Shown here: positions 39,581 through 52,937 of the stretch, one piece after another
How positions within the stretch are numbered: position 1 is the first letter of the stretch
Layout of the letters: every line of letters begins with the position of its first letter
DNA from: Lytechinus pictus
Taxonomy: Eukaryota
DNA length: 64,000 bases
Direction: 5' to 3'
Assembly (NCBI RefSeq): GCF_037042905.1
Contig: NC_087250.1
Span: 20,958,001-21,022,000 of the forward strand
Position numbers and translations under genes: made by a program
Notes under the pieces: generated by a model
Told to the model about the DNA's origin: nothing
Databases searched by the model: none
The model's input: only the letters and a program-made list of their open reading frames with translations

Positions 39581-40162
39581 GGGCACATTGCCCAGAACTG
39601 CAAGGAGGAAATGAAGTGTTCCATATGTGGCGAGGAGGGGCACGGTTTTCGAGCCTGCCCAGTGTCATTTGCAGCAAGGCTCAAAATTTCATCAGCATGG
39701 GCAAGTGTGAAGGAAAGAGATAGTGAGAAAGTCGAAAAGAAGGAAGAAAAAGTTGGTGATCGAGTAGAGAAGAAGGATGGAGACAAAGCAGTTGCTCATA
39801 AGGAAGTAAAGGAGAAGGAAGAGGAAAAGGAGGACCCCAATCAACCATCGACCTCTGGAGAAGGGACCCGGGACCCCAATTCCAGTAAGAGAGAATCGTC
39901 TGCTAGTGTCAATGGAGAAATAGAGCCAGAAGATCAAACCTGTGAGAAGTCCATTTTTGATGATGACAGCTCAGGTGAATCTAGTGACGAAATGAATACG
40001 GAGATGTCATGGGCAGAAGAGACGGCTAGCGGTGAAGGTAAGCGGAGCCCCGTTTATATATCTCCTAGTCCGCTTTTTGACGCCCGGGAAACCAAGAAAA
40101 GACGCCCTGGACGTAGAGGAATTAAAAGACAGTCGACGTCGCTTTCTCCAAAGAGAAAATAG
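39581..40162 (+). CDS. LINE ORF1 C-terminal fragment (CCHC zinc knuckles + acidic/basic tail)
   Basis: GHIAQNC (end of one knuckle) then CSICGEEGHGFRAC (C-x2-C-x4-H-x4-C), typical of Tx1-clade ORF1. Confidence 0.85.
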   Translation, partial: GHIAQNCKEEMKCSICGEEGHGFRACPVSFAARLKISSAWASVKERDSEKVEKKEEKVGDRVEKKDGDKAVAHKEVKEKEEEKEDPNQPSTSGEGTRDPNSSKRESSASVNGEIEPEDQTCEKSIFDDDSSGESSDEMNTEMSWAEETASGEGKRSPVYISPSPLFDARETKKRRPGRRGIKRQSTSLSPKRK

Positions 40163-40222
40163 AAAATAACTACGGTTTAAGTGTCCCCTTTATTCTTTTC
40201 GGTGCCCTTCCATCTTAAATCA

Positions 40223-43200
40223 ATGACAATTACTGAATTACCTACATCTATGATAACCCTAAATGTCCGTGGTCTACGTGACAATGCTAAACTTAGAAAC
40301 TTGATTTCTTGGTTACACATTTTTAAGCTTGATATTATACTTCTGCAGGAAACATATTTGTCAAGTCCTGACTATTTACTGTTCAAGTCTTTATGGAAAG
40401 GACCGATTTTCTTTTCTCCGTCTCTGTCCTCCCATTCGACGGGAGTGACAATAGCTTTTTCATCGATTTTTGCATCTAAGGTTAACATTTCTCAAGTCCG
40501 TACTGATCACGAAGGGCGGTTTGTATCAGTCCTTTGTTCTACCAATAACTTTTCATTTCGAGTTTGTAATATTTACGCCCCAAACGATCCAAAAGATAGA
40601 GTTTCTCTTTTCCAGAATTTGTATAACTTAACCAGGGGCAATATTCCTATTATTATTGGTGGTGATTTTAATTGTATTTTGTATGAAGCTGATAGGTCCC
40701 AGGGTTCGACAAATACTTCAATTTTTGTCGGACGTAAAGAGCTAAAAGCTTTTTTTATCATCCGCTTCTTTGAGTGATTCTTGGTTACGCCTTAATGATT
40801 TCGTAGACAGCCATACGTGGAAACATTCGGGTAACAAACAAAGTTCGAGGCTGGACCGGATTTATGTTCACAAAAGTTTTGATGTTCTAGAATCAAGGAT
40901 ATTGCCCTTCCATTTTTCAGATCACGATGCGGTTAAAATAATTATGAATATACCGTCCATGTCATATAAAACAAAATCTTATTGGAAATTTAATGTCCAG
41001 TTATGTTCTGATGATTTATTTTGTCATGATTTCAGGGTGCAATATAATTTGTGGAGGACACTCCAACCCGGTTTTGAATCGATCACCTTGTGGTGGGAGA
41101 ATATAAAAGTAAGAATAAAAGAGCTTTCAATTTGCCACGGGGTAAGAAGGGCCAAGGAAAGACGAAGTCGACTGCAGCAATTGCAACGGGCATGTAACAC
41201 TGAAAATAAAGAAGTGGTGTTAGGGATATTAAGAGAAGAGAATCGTGGGGCATTTATCAGGGCTAGGGGCAAAATTTTGGATGACGGCGAACGCCCAGGG
41301 GGATACTTCCATAGAATGGAGAAGGAGAAAATGGATGATAGACGAATTAAAGAAATACGGGATCATCAAGATAGAATTGTTTCTGGTGATAAAGTTATTT
41401 CAATTTTCCATGAGTTTTATTCTACATTGTATGCAAATGATGTTAGAATTGATCATACAGTTCAAGATACTTTTCTCGATTGTTTATATACTGCCATAGA
41501 TGTGGAAAAATCGGAAGCTTTAAATAAACCTTTTGATATTAATGAGCTTAAACAAGCCGTAGCCCGCATGGCAAAAAATAAGTCACCAGGCATAGATGGT
41601 ATACCAGTTGAATTCTATCAACAATTTTTTGATATTATTGCTGAAGATTTGTTAGCTGTCTATCACGAAATTTATAGAAGCGGGAGTATGTCAGAGTCTC
41701 AAAAGACCGCTATAATTACTTTGTTGCCTAAAAAGGGCGATCCACTGGACCCCGCCAACCGGCGACCAATAAGCCTGTTGACTGTTGACTATAAAATCAT
41801 TACAAAGATATTACAGTTAAGAGTGTTTCGTGTAATGCCTGATATTATTGATGAACATCAAACTTGTTCTGTTCCTGGGCGTTCTATTCACTCTAATTTA
41901 TGTTTGTTAAGAGATATTATAGATTGTTCTAAACTTCGTAACAACTGCTGTGCTTTAATTTCTATGGATCAGCACAAAGCCTTTGATAAGGTAAATTGGG
42001 ATTTTATGCTTAGGGTCTTGGAAAAGTTAAATTTCGGCCCTTATCTTATTCAGTGGATACGAATCCTATACACGGATATCAAAAGTCGTCTTTTTATCAA
42101 TAATGTGTTTAGTAAAGATGTGTTAATTTATAGGGGAGTAAGGCAAGGTTGCCCTTTATCTCCTCTACTCTATGTTTTATTTATTGAACCACTTGGACGA
42201 TTCATTAGATTAAATAAAAGTATAATTGGATATCATGTTCCTGGAGGGAGTGGTAGATCAGTCAAGTTTGTACAGTATGCGGACGATGCCACGTGTATTG
42301 CTACGTCACAGACCGATGTCGAGCATTTCTTTAGATCTTTTTCCCTTTTTGAAAGAGCTACTGGTGCTTCGTTAAATTTAAACAAGACACAAGGTCTGAA
42401 GCTAGGTGGTTTTTTAGGCCGGAAGTTAAAGGGAAATATCGACTGGAGGGAAGATAAACTTATCATTAATGGAATCCCCTTCGGTTCGCAGAATAGTATT
42501 AATGATTATTTAAAAGATTTGTATGAAAAAGCAAAAAGGAAAATCCGATGGTGGTCATCGCGCCATCTGACTTTAGTTGGAAAGGTTTCCATTGTCAATT
42601 CATGTATATATTCACTGTTTTATTACCTGTCACGGGTTTATTTCTTAAGTGAAACTTTATGTACGGATCTGCAAAAAGTCGTTTTCTCATTTCTATGGGA
42701 TGGGAAGACAGAACTAGTATCGAGAAAAACATTAATGTTACCAAAAACTAAAGGGGGTCTTGGTTTGGATGATTTTATTCTGAAGACAAAGGCTTCGTTT
42801 GTTCTCTTTTTGATCCCTCACTTATCAGGTGAAGATACGGAGTCATGTAACTATAAGTTTCTGCGCTACTTTTTGTCGTGTAAGTTACGAATCATGTTTC
42901 CACAGTTTTATTCCAATTTAGTTCCTTCTTGCGACAAGATCTCACGGTCTTATAGCAAGGGGTATGAACTGATATCGTATTTATACAGTCGTAAGCATGA
43001 TTTTGTTACCACTTGTAACACACTAAAGGATGTTATTTCTTTGTTAACAATAGATTTTGTTCCAAAATGTAGGGTTAAGGATCCAAGTTGGGAATGGGAC
43101 AGTGTTTGGAAAATGTGTAATAATCGTCAGCTATGCAATAAATTAAGATCATTTTGTTGGAAGGTATCACATGGGGCGTTGGGAGTTGGTGAGAAACTTC

Positions 43201-43649
43201 TCAAATGGGGAGTGACAAATGGGAAATGCCCATTTTGTAGGAAACTAGAAAATATATCTCATGTGTTCTGGGAATGTAAGTCTTTGAGTAAAATTCTTGA
43301 CTGGGTCGACGATTTTGCAAATCGTCATTTAGGTTTTGATCACGCATTAGTTAAATCGTTGTTTGTTTATGGATTCCCTAATTCAAATTTGAATGTGGTC
43401 ACTTGGCCTCGAGCCTGGTTTGTTTTTACCGTTGTAAAAAATGCTATTTGGGCTAAGCGGTGCGGGTTTTTGTTTTCGAAGGAAAGAATAACAGATGACG
43501 GGTTAATTTTGAGAATTAAAAATGAGATAAGAGTAAGAATAGAGATAGATTTTAACAGAGTAACTAGGAGACAGTTTGAAAAGCTGTGGGTAAAAGGGTC
43601 AAGATTATGTTCAATAGAAGGGGATAAAGTTAGAATATACTTTGTGTGA
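40223..43649 (+). pseudogene. LINE ORF2: AP endonuclease + reverse transcriptase + C-terminal zinc finger, one +1 frameshift
   Basis: APE motifs TLNVRGL, LLQET, NIYAPN, GGDFN, RLDRIY, SDHD; RT motifs KSPGIDG, RPISLL, KAFDKV, GVRQGCPLSP, YADD; CPFC..H..WEC. The frames join if one T is removed from the 7-T run at 40750-40756. Confidence 0.93.
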
Positions 43650-45583
43650 GTTATCATGACCTCACAATGTTTTTTTTTTTACGGCATCTCAGAAATTGCA
43701 AGAATGTCACATCCCAGGTAACAATACAGCGTTGGACCAACGTTGGATCAACGTTGGGAATTTTTTCCCAACGTTGCCTCAACGTTGGCAGGCAAACGTT
43801 GCATCATCGATAGAAGTGCACGCGCATACATCGTCAGACCAACAAAATTTCCAACGTCGGTTCAACGTTGTCCAGCAACAATGTTCCAACGTTGTCTGGC
43901 AACGTTGATCCAATGTTGGCTAAATAGTCAAATACAACATTGCTACAACGTTGGTAAGCAACGTTGCATCATCGATAGAAGTGCACGTCCATACATCGTC
44001 AGACCAACAACATTTCCAACGTCAGTTCAACGTTGTCCACCATCAATGCTCCAACGTTGGTATAATGTCGGCTGAGTCATCAATAACAGCGTTGCTGCAA
44101 CGTTGATGGGCAACGTTGAATCAGCGATGGACGTGCACGTGCATACATCGTCAGTCCAACTATGTTTACAACGTTGGTTCAACGCTGTCCAGCAACAATG
44201 CTCCAACGTTGTCTGGCAACATTGCTCCAACATTGTCACAACGTTGCTCCAACATTGCTCCAACGTTATTCCAACGTATGGCAGTAATTAACAAAACATT
44301 AATTGGTTTCAAGGTGAAGTCCACCATTACAACTCTACACTCTAATCTTTAACATCATGTCTTATCCTATCCTAAAATCCTACATCCTAATCCTAATCCT
44401 ATTCCTATCATCCTACACCTATCCACTGAATCCTGTCATTGACTCCTATATATAGAGCAACTTTGCTATACTTGGCAGAATACAGTTAATATCATTTTCC
44501 ACACTTAACCTTGAAAATTTCACTTAGAATAATATGTTTTGATTATAAATGATATGGTAATGGAGCCACATACTTTTCTAAAACTTTTCATGGTGGAAAT
44601 ATTGAATAAACATAAATACTTTAATTATTATAGCAATATTACCTAAAATTTTTGTCATTTACTGATGTAATGAATATTCATGAGTGCATAATCATTATGT
44701 CCAGATGAGGCAGGTATGGCAGCGTTGGTCCAATGTTGGTCCAACGTTGGGTGACGTTGATCCAACGTTGGTCTAATGTTGGTCCAATGTTGGCGTAAAC
44801 GTTGATTCAATGTTTGTCTAATATCGGTTAAATGTTATTGTAACGTTGATTCTTTGTTGGTCTAATTTTAAACAAATCCAACGATGCGCCATCTCCATCA
44901 AACAGTTTTCAACACTGTGCCATCATCATCTGTAACCTGTTCATGATTCTGTCAAAAAACATTACAACTATTATTACAGCTATTCATTTCTTTTCATTCT
45001 TTCTTTTACAAGTCTCTTCACATAATTAAGAGGAATCAAGAGAATTACGTGTGATATTTATTGAGGCCTTTGTAGCATTCACACTTTTTTGACATCCTCT
45101 TTTTCTCAAACAAGACTAATACCAAAAAAACATATGCCTATGTAATAAGAATTAAGATGTATTACATTTTCTTGCGAGTTGCAATCTATGCTTCTGTCTA
45201 CAACTGTTTAATGACCTGGTATGCAATGCCAATTGCAACGTCAGTAATCATCACAAAAACTCACATGTGTAATTGCAGTCTCTCAGGAGGTCGCGTAACT
45301 TGGCCTCACTCAGAGTAACGTAGCTACTGCCTACTGTAACTAAAGAGCGCCTCTTTTTGATTAAGATAGAAGTCAAGTGATATCTCAATATGCATGGCCA
45401 TGGCCTAGTCTCGCTCATGCCATAACTCTTAAATGATATTTCAGCGTCAAGTGTAAGCATGCCTCACGTAGCAACTACAGGTTTGACTGCAGTTGGAAAA
45501 CACTCGGTCCAGGCAGGACCGACCAGGTCAATTCAAGGCAGCGTACAATAACTAAGGCAGGAATGCCAGGTAGCAAGTCATTG

Positions 45584-46040
45584 GGTTATTTCAAGTACGG
45601 TGTACGGTGTTGAGAGCGCGAAGGGCTGCTGAACTGAGCTCCAACACCAAGCGTAATATTATTTTTCATTGAAATGTATTAAAACTCTAATGATTTGCTC
45701 TCATCTTAAATGTAAAAGATAATTTTATGGAGATGGTTTGTCGTGTTCGCCCCCTGTTCGTGAGCTACAGTTTATCAACACCAACACTGAACTTTAAATC
45801 ACGATTCTCCCAATCGATCCCTGGGGGTCGGTGTCGCTGAATGGGGAAATTGCACGTAGATCATCAACACCATGCAGCCGCAGTGCAGTGTTGGGTTCAG
45901 CAGATGACAATCAACACCAGCCTTCAACACAAACTGCCGGAAATACACAATATTTTCCGAGGTCAATCTCAACACCAGCCTGATTCAAGTACGGTGTTGT
46001 CACAACACCAACACCAGATTTCAACACTGTACTTGAAATT
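45584..46040. mobile_element. MITE nested in the EnSpm-like element
   Basis: atttcaagtacggtgt ... acactgtacttgaaat, with recurring caacacca motifs. Confidence 0.6.
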
Positions 46041-46679
46041 ATTGAAATCACCCAATGACTGTTGTCTTGCCCTTGGTATCGCATACTCGTTTCCAGTCAC
46101 ACGTATTGCGAGGTTAGTATTCGTCACTCACACAAGTACGAGGTAATATGTTATAATATATATACTGAGCAGTGACTGTTAAGTACTTACACGAAAATCC
46201 TAGCGTCGGACAGTACGCGCACAGAAGCTGACTCCGGGATCTTTCGGAGGGGATCAACGGTTGCAGTTACCGATTATCTGCAAGTGCAAAGAAAATTCCA
46301 CTGTAGATTGTAGGTCCTAAATATGCAGCTTATAAGTACTGTTCCAGATCACTAGATATTCAGGAATTTAATTGTCTATATCCAACCAGATTCTGCCAGA
46401 TTCTTCAAGTTCAAAATTGAAGGAAGCAGACTACATAGAAGGAGTCCGACGTCGCGACTAATTCTGCGCTGCGCATCAGAATAGTATGGTATTTTTAAAT
46501 AGGCACATTTTGATGCTTGTATTTCCTTCTTCAATTTCTTCTAGTTTCGTGACAGTAGGCCTATATATATCTCGTACTTACTGTAAGAGGCCTAGCCAGC
46601 TGCAAAGGACGAGGGCGTTTCTGGAAATTCTGGTCTTGAACTACATTTATTTTCTTGTTTTTCTCCTTTATTTTCTATA

Positions 46680-47287
46680 TTAAAGGACAAGTCCACCCCA
46701 ACAAAAAATTGATTTGAATAAGCAGAGAAAAATCAAACTAGCATAACACTGGAAATGTCACCAAAATCGGATGTGAAATAAGAAAGTTATGGCATTTTAA
46801 AGTTTCGCTTATTTTTCACAAAACAGTGATATGCACAACTCAGTGACATGTAAATGAGTCAGTCGATGATGTCTATCAACACTCACTATTTCTTTTGTTT
46901 TTTATTGTTTGAATTATAAAATATTTAATTTTTTACAGACTTGCATATAGGGACCGACTTGACTGAACCATAAAGTATTAAACAATGCTAATTCCACATG
47001 TTCAGGGAGGAATTAATCACTGTTTCACTTGACAATGAGGAGAAAATTAGAATATTTCATATCTCATATAATACAAAAGAAATAGTGAGTGGATGACATC
47101 ATCAGTCTCCTCATTTGCATACCGACCAGGATGTGCATATAACTGTTTTGTGAAATTAAGCGAAACTTTAAAATGTCATAACTTCATTATTTTACATCCG
47201 ATTTTGATGAAATTTTCAATGTTATGCCTGTTGGATTATTCTCTTTTTATTCAAATCAATTTTTGTTGGGGTGGACTTGTCCTTTAA
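46680..47287. mobile_element. Kolobok-like MITE nested in the EnSpm-like element
   Basis: TTAA|aggacaagtccaccccaacaaaaa ... tttttgttggggtggacttgtcct|TTAA with long imperfect TIRs; same family as 3409-3990. Confidence 0.9.
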
Positions 47288-50277
47288 TCGACACATTTGC
47301 ATCCCCCGGTGCATGCAGCCTCTCTATTCTACCCCATCTTTATTTTTGTTTTCCCCTTAGTTTTAGTTCCTCTTTCCCTTCCCATTATTTTCCTTCTCTC
47401 TCGATTTATTTTCCCCTTATTGCTAGGGGATACCAAGGGTGACAAGGATAGACAAGCAAACTTACTTGATCGACCCCCCCCCCTTGGCCCCATTGGAAAT
47501 TATGCGAGTAGTCGTCTGTATATCAATTCTCCAATGAACCAGTTTCTCATGTTCTCAACACTGTGTATAATATGCCAGGATATCATGTTGACTGTCAAAT
47601 AAATATCCAACAAACTATAGTTTCCAACATTGTGTCAATGTTAACTGTTAACAATTCTCCAATAAACTATTCCAATTACGCTGTCCACGTTGTGCCATTG
47701 TCCGTTGTTCAACAACTCTCCATCAAACTAGTTTCCAACTTTGTCAACGTTGTGCCATTGTCGACTGTCTAACAAATCTCTAAGAAAATAGTTTCCAACG
47801 TTGTTCCGTTGTCGGTTGTTCAGCAACTCTCCATCGCACTAGTTTCCGACGTAGTCAACGCTGTGCCTTTGTTGGCTGATGTTCAACAACTATCCAATCA
47901 AACACGTTTCCAACGTTGTGACGTTGTTGGCTGTCCAACAAATCTCCAACACACTAGTTTCCAATGTTGTGCCATTGTCTGTTGTTCAACAACTTTCCAA
48001 CGTTGCCAACGTTGTGTCATCGTCGACTATCCTACTGATCTCCAACCTACCAGTTTACAACGTTGTGCCAGTGTCAGTTGTTCAACAACTTTCCATCTAA
48101 CTAGTTTCCAGCTTTATCAACGTTGTGTCATGGTCTACTATCTAACTAATCTCCAATCTACCAGTTTCCAACGTTGTGCCATCGTCGACTTTCCAACAAA
48201 TCTCCATCGAACTAGTTTCTAGCTTTGGCAACGTTGTGCCATAGTTGGTTGTTCAACAACTTTCCATCGAACTAGTTTCCAACGTTGCCAACCTTGTGTC
48301 ATCGTCGACTATCCAACTAATCTCCAACCTACTAGTTTCCAACGTTTTGCCATTGTCGACCGTCCAACACATCTCCAACAAACTAGTTTCCAACTTTGTC
48401 AACGTTGTCTCATTGTCGGTTGATCAACAACTTTCCATCGAACTGGTTTCCAACGTTGCCAACGTTGTGTAATTGTTGGCTGTTCAGCAACTATCCAATT
48501 AAACATGTTTCCATCGTTGTGCCATTGTCGACTGTCCAACAACTCTCCAACTAACAAGTTTCCAACATTGCCAACGTCGTGTCATTGTTGATTGTTCAAC
48601 AACTTTCCAGCGAACTAGTTTCCAACGTTGCCAACGTTGTGCCTTTGCTGGCTGTTCAACAACTATCCAATCAAACGGGTCTCCAACGTTGTGACATTGT
48701 CGACTGTCCAACAACTCTCCAACTTACTAGTTTCCAACGTTGTGCCATTGTCGACCGTCCAACAAATCTCCAACAAACTAGTTTCCAACTTTGTCAGCGT
48801 TGTGCCATTGTCGGTTGTTCAACAACTTTCCAGCGAACTAGTTTCCAACGTTGCCAACGTTGTGCCTTTGCTGGCTGTTCAACAACTATCCAATCAAACG
48901 TGTTTCCAACGTTGTCACATTGTCGACCGTCCAACAACTCTCCAACTAACAAGTTTCCAACGTTGCCAACGTCGTGTCATTGTTGATTGTCCATCATCTT
49001 TCCATCAAACTAGTTTCCAACATCGATTCAACGTTAATCCATCAAGTTTTTCCAACGTCCAACGACTTTCAAGTTTCCAACGTGGAGCCAACGTTGGCTT
49101 GTTACCTGGGATAATTGGCTGAATGGCCCATTATCCTTGGCAGTCCTGGCCGGGGCTTCGGTTTTAAAGGGAAAGTAATAAATTTTAGAGAATGGCAAGT
49201 GTGCAAGCCTTGATTCATAAGCGGGTATTTTAAAGGGAGTGAGTAGATCGCATGGCTTAGAGTAACGGTGGGGTGGGGGGTCGTTGAATTAGGCTTTGTA
49301 CAAAAGTGCTAACTAGTTACCGAGGTGGTTTTACACTTGACTGTTTACTTTTGTTGATGTTCTTCGTTAAAGTTTTCTGTTATGTATAAGTGTTTTGGAT
49401 TGTAGTATTTTACTGAATGCATGGTATGTATATTACATGTACTGAGTGTATGTAAATATTGTATATATGTTGATATTTTGATGAGTAAAATTATTGAAAG
49501 AAAAAAAAAAAGTAAAACGGACCTACAATACCCAGCTTTTCATTTTTTCATTTTTTTATTTTTAGCTCTGATTTGTTTATTGTTTGATCATAGTGGTTTG
49601 GTACATCACCTGTAGCGGCCGCACAGAAACGCTGTTAGGAAAGGTGTTAGCGCGAACAATTCACAAACAAATCAGCCACTAACAACACCATGAGCATACT
49701 GAACGCACAGAAAACGTGGGTTTGAGCCTTATCTATGACATGCTATAGTGATCTATGTGTGCATTTATACAATGTAAGGGCCCTAGGCTCAATGTATTAT
49801 TCCCATTAAGTCGGGGCTCGGATTTGCAACATTGATTCTTACTTTGTGATGACATTTTACTACGGTGTTAATTGGTCCATGCTTTAACATAAATCATAGA
49901 CCTTAACATCGATGAAAAATAATGTATTAATGGCATCAATCGTTAAGGGGGGGGGGGCTATATTGCTTTGCTCGTAGAGTGGAAGAATTACTTCCGTCTA
50001 TGGAGGTGTTTATAGGGAAGCAGGATGTGAAGTATAGAAATACAAACAATTGAAAATGAGGCGAGCTGATCATGTTATTTGTAATTTCACCCACTTATTC
50101 ATTTATACATGTGAGATTGTGTTCATTTAAACTGAATTTGTCCTTGCAGTGGAAAGTAAATATGACCACTGCTTCAGTAATCATCATGACCATTGACAAA
50201 TTTTACATAGGCCTAAAGGTAGCAGTTGTTACAACCGATAGTGTCGCACCAACGCATAATGTCGCAGATTGCGACAT

Positions 50278-50701
50278 TAGCGCGTTTTCGCCCAGCGTCG
50301 TACGACGTAGAACGTAAGGGTCGTGTGCAAAAATCGCCAACTTCCATGGAAACAGAGGCCCGAGCGTTCTTGAGCTCAAATCACGGACGGTTCTTCCGCA
50401 AATTAGCGGGCGTCCGCATTAGAACGTAGGATTTGTCAACAGCCGTCAACAGCCAATCAGATCGCTTGTAGAGCGAGCAAGCTGAGCTGAGCCGCGCCGA
50501 CAGCCAGTTCATAGAGCGCGGGCGCGGGATTTTCCCTAGTAGTGGTGACGTCATGCAGTCTACGTACTTCCGGTCGATCCGGATCCGTTCAGCGATTTGC
50601 GAAACTGCTTACAAGCGAGAGTTGAGCGCGACGGACGCACGAACCAAGAGATCGTTCTACGTCGTAGATAGCGTCGTACGACGCTGGGCGAAAACGCGCT
50701 A
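50278..50701. mobile_element. MITE with TAG..CTA termini inserted in the left arm of the foldback
   Basis: tagcgcgttttcgcccagcgtcgtacgacg / cgtcgtacgacgctgggcgaaaacgcgcta (30 bp perfect); absent from the right arm; no clear TSD. Confidence 0.8.
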
Positions 50702-52201
50702 GTTATGCCAAGAACGTCCGACGCATAAGTTCGCAGTCAACGCATAATGTCGTAGTTTTTCTAACGCATAACGTCACATGTCGCAACGCATAGTGTCGCA
50801 GCAAATTTCTAACGCATAACGTCACATGTCGCAACGCGTAATGTCACACCGGTATTTTCTTCAGGACTCGAGTTACAGATACGATATAAAATATGCTTTC
50901 ACTAAGTATTTTTAAACACGAGAAAGATAATTAGGTGATTTGGAAATCAGGATTACTCTTTGTATGGATATTTATCGGTTTATTGCCTTTTCGTCTACTG
51001 CCTTTTCCCCACTATCGCATGGTCTCATATCATTTCGTCTACCATTAGTTAGTCAACTATCAACATAGTCCAATAACCATTTCGTCTTATTACCCTCTCG
51101 TCTAATAACCAGTTGGTCTAATAGCCGTTTTGTTTATTATCATTTAGTCTAATTGTATTTTTTTTCAATTGGTCCAATATCCACTTTGTCCAATATCATT
51201 ACTTCTATTACCTTTTGGTCTTATAGCCAATTGGTCTAATAACCACTTGAACAACTCTCATTTCGTCGATGTTCCATTTGAACTTCAGTTGGTTCACTAT
51301 CACTTTGTCTAAACCAATTTCGGCTAACAATCATTTGGTATCGTTGCCATGGGTCTAATCACCATCTCGTCCAATCATCATTTCGTCCAATAGGCATATT
51401 CATTTCATCTTATAACCATAATGGTCTACTGGCACTAGACCTCTACGGTGACTCGGTGTATCATTGCCTATTTGTTGCAGTACTACTCCTGATTTGTGGT
51501 TTAGATCAGCTCGCGAGCGCAAAATAAACCCTTTACCATCCGCCGACAGGGCATAGGCGGATCAAGGGATAGGCCCGGCTTCCCCTCCCCCGCATAAAAA
51601 GGAAGTGGAACGAAATAAAAGGAAAAAGAAGGGGAAAGAGGGTGCCATGAGCCTAATTACATCAGGAGGGCTAAAGATATTCGTTCGACCCAACCCATTC
51701 GATTTTTTTCAATTTGATATTGCTGATTGACAAAAGTGTATGAATATGATTCAAAATCTAACACCGATTTTAGAAATGGTAACTACTGAACTTCCTTTGC
51801 CCAAATTGGGAAGATATATCAATGATTTGGAACTATTTTTTGACTGGCGGAAGAATTGGGGCTATTTTACTGTTTCAGTTGATGAATTTGATCCCATCAT
51901 AGTTATCTTCATAAATGGCGATTTATTTTTAAAATGAGCTGGCTACGATACCCTTCTCTGGTCAGATATGGAATGTCAGATATATATCCTATCCAAAGGT
52001 AGTACACATTCGACCCTCTAATTTCACATTTATTTTTTATGAATTTTTCTTAAGTGCCATTTTAACACACAAGTCTATGGGGAATATTTTACGCGCGTGA
52101 GACCAGAGAGGAGGGAAAATGAGGAAAAATAAAAGGAGACAGAAGAGTGAATAAAATAGGGTGAGGTGAAGATGTGGATTTTTTTTTTCATGTCTCAAAA
52201 G

Positions 52202-52400
52202 AGGCGCGATAGCTCAGTCGGTAAAGCGGGGTTTCTGATTCCGGTAACCCGGATTTGATTCCTGATAGGTGCTATAGTGCCCCTTTGTACGGCATAATAG
52301 TCATTATGCCTACCAGGTCCCTTGTAGAGGACCTTAAGCCGTCGGTCCTCTGGTTGCTTGCTTACAAGCATTCATGCTTTCTTAGCTACCAGGTAAAAAA
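52202..52400 (+). mobile_element. tRNA-derived SINE
   Basis: A box tagctcagtcggta and degenerate B box gatttgattcc, followed by a non-tRNA body (gaggaccttaagccgtcggtcc). Confidence 0.7.
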
Positions 52401-52789
52401 TTCACCATGTGATATCTATAGCCTAAAATTTTCGCTCGCGCCTTGCATCCACATCCAATTCAGAATTTTCATGCATAGTGCTTGAAAAAGTGCTTAAATT
52501 TACCCCTTTTTGGACTGGAATATGAAGTATTTTTTTGCTCGCGCTTCGCTCTCGCTTTATATCTTTATGCTTTTTCAGTTCTGATCTGCTTTGCAAAGTG
52601 TACATCGATAATTATTACTATTATTGTTTTTACTATTACGAAGTTATGTTTATGCATGTGTGTAAAATAAGGTAATGAAACTAAGTTTTTAGGGGCTGGC
52701 CTCACATACAAGCATTGCTTATTTTCGGCAGCCCCTCCGTTTTACTATAAAATACAAAAAAAATAATATAAGGCAGCTTAATGTTATTG

Positions 52790-52937
52790 ATTGGAATACT
52801 CCCCAGGGAGTGGAGGATGTGCACACATTGTGTGCGGGAATGGCTGATTGAATCCGAGGTAATAATATATCTGTAAAGCGCTTAGACACGTCGTTCAGAT
52901 GTATTAAGCGCTATAAAAAAGCGGATTATTGTTATTG
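52790..52937 (+). mobile_element. SINE 3' fragment with L2-type tail
   Basis: ctccccagggag ... tgtaaagcgctt ... aagcgctata followed by an (ATT)-like tail. Confidence 0.55.

Larger units (their letters stand above)
43713..49110. mobile_element. 5.4-kb non-autonomous EnSpm/CACTA-like element
   Basis: TIR CCCAGGTAACAA / TTGTTACCTGGG with 2-bp TSD AT. CAACGTTG-rich subterminal arrays at 43730-44280 and 47580-49095. Confidence 0.85.
39580..49510 (+). mobile_element. Tx1/L1-clade LINE, 5'-truncated in ORF1, 3' UTR interrupted at 43713-49110
   Basis: 11-bp TSD AGTAAAACGGA (39569-39579, 49511-49521), poly(A) at ~49497-49510, and ORF1 plus ORF2 as listed below. Confidence 0.93.

Noticed and set aside
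41024..43657. Short minus-strand and alternate-frame ORFs over LINE ORF2
   Set aside because: Shadow ORFs of a long coding sequence.
47809..49122. Several overlapping ORFs (QRC.. / VVQQLS repeats)
   Set aside because: Artefacts of the CAACGTTG subterminal array; open in multiple frames with no domain signature.
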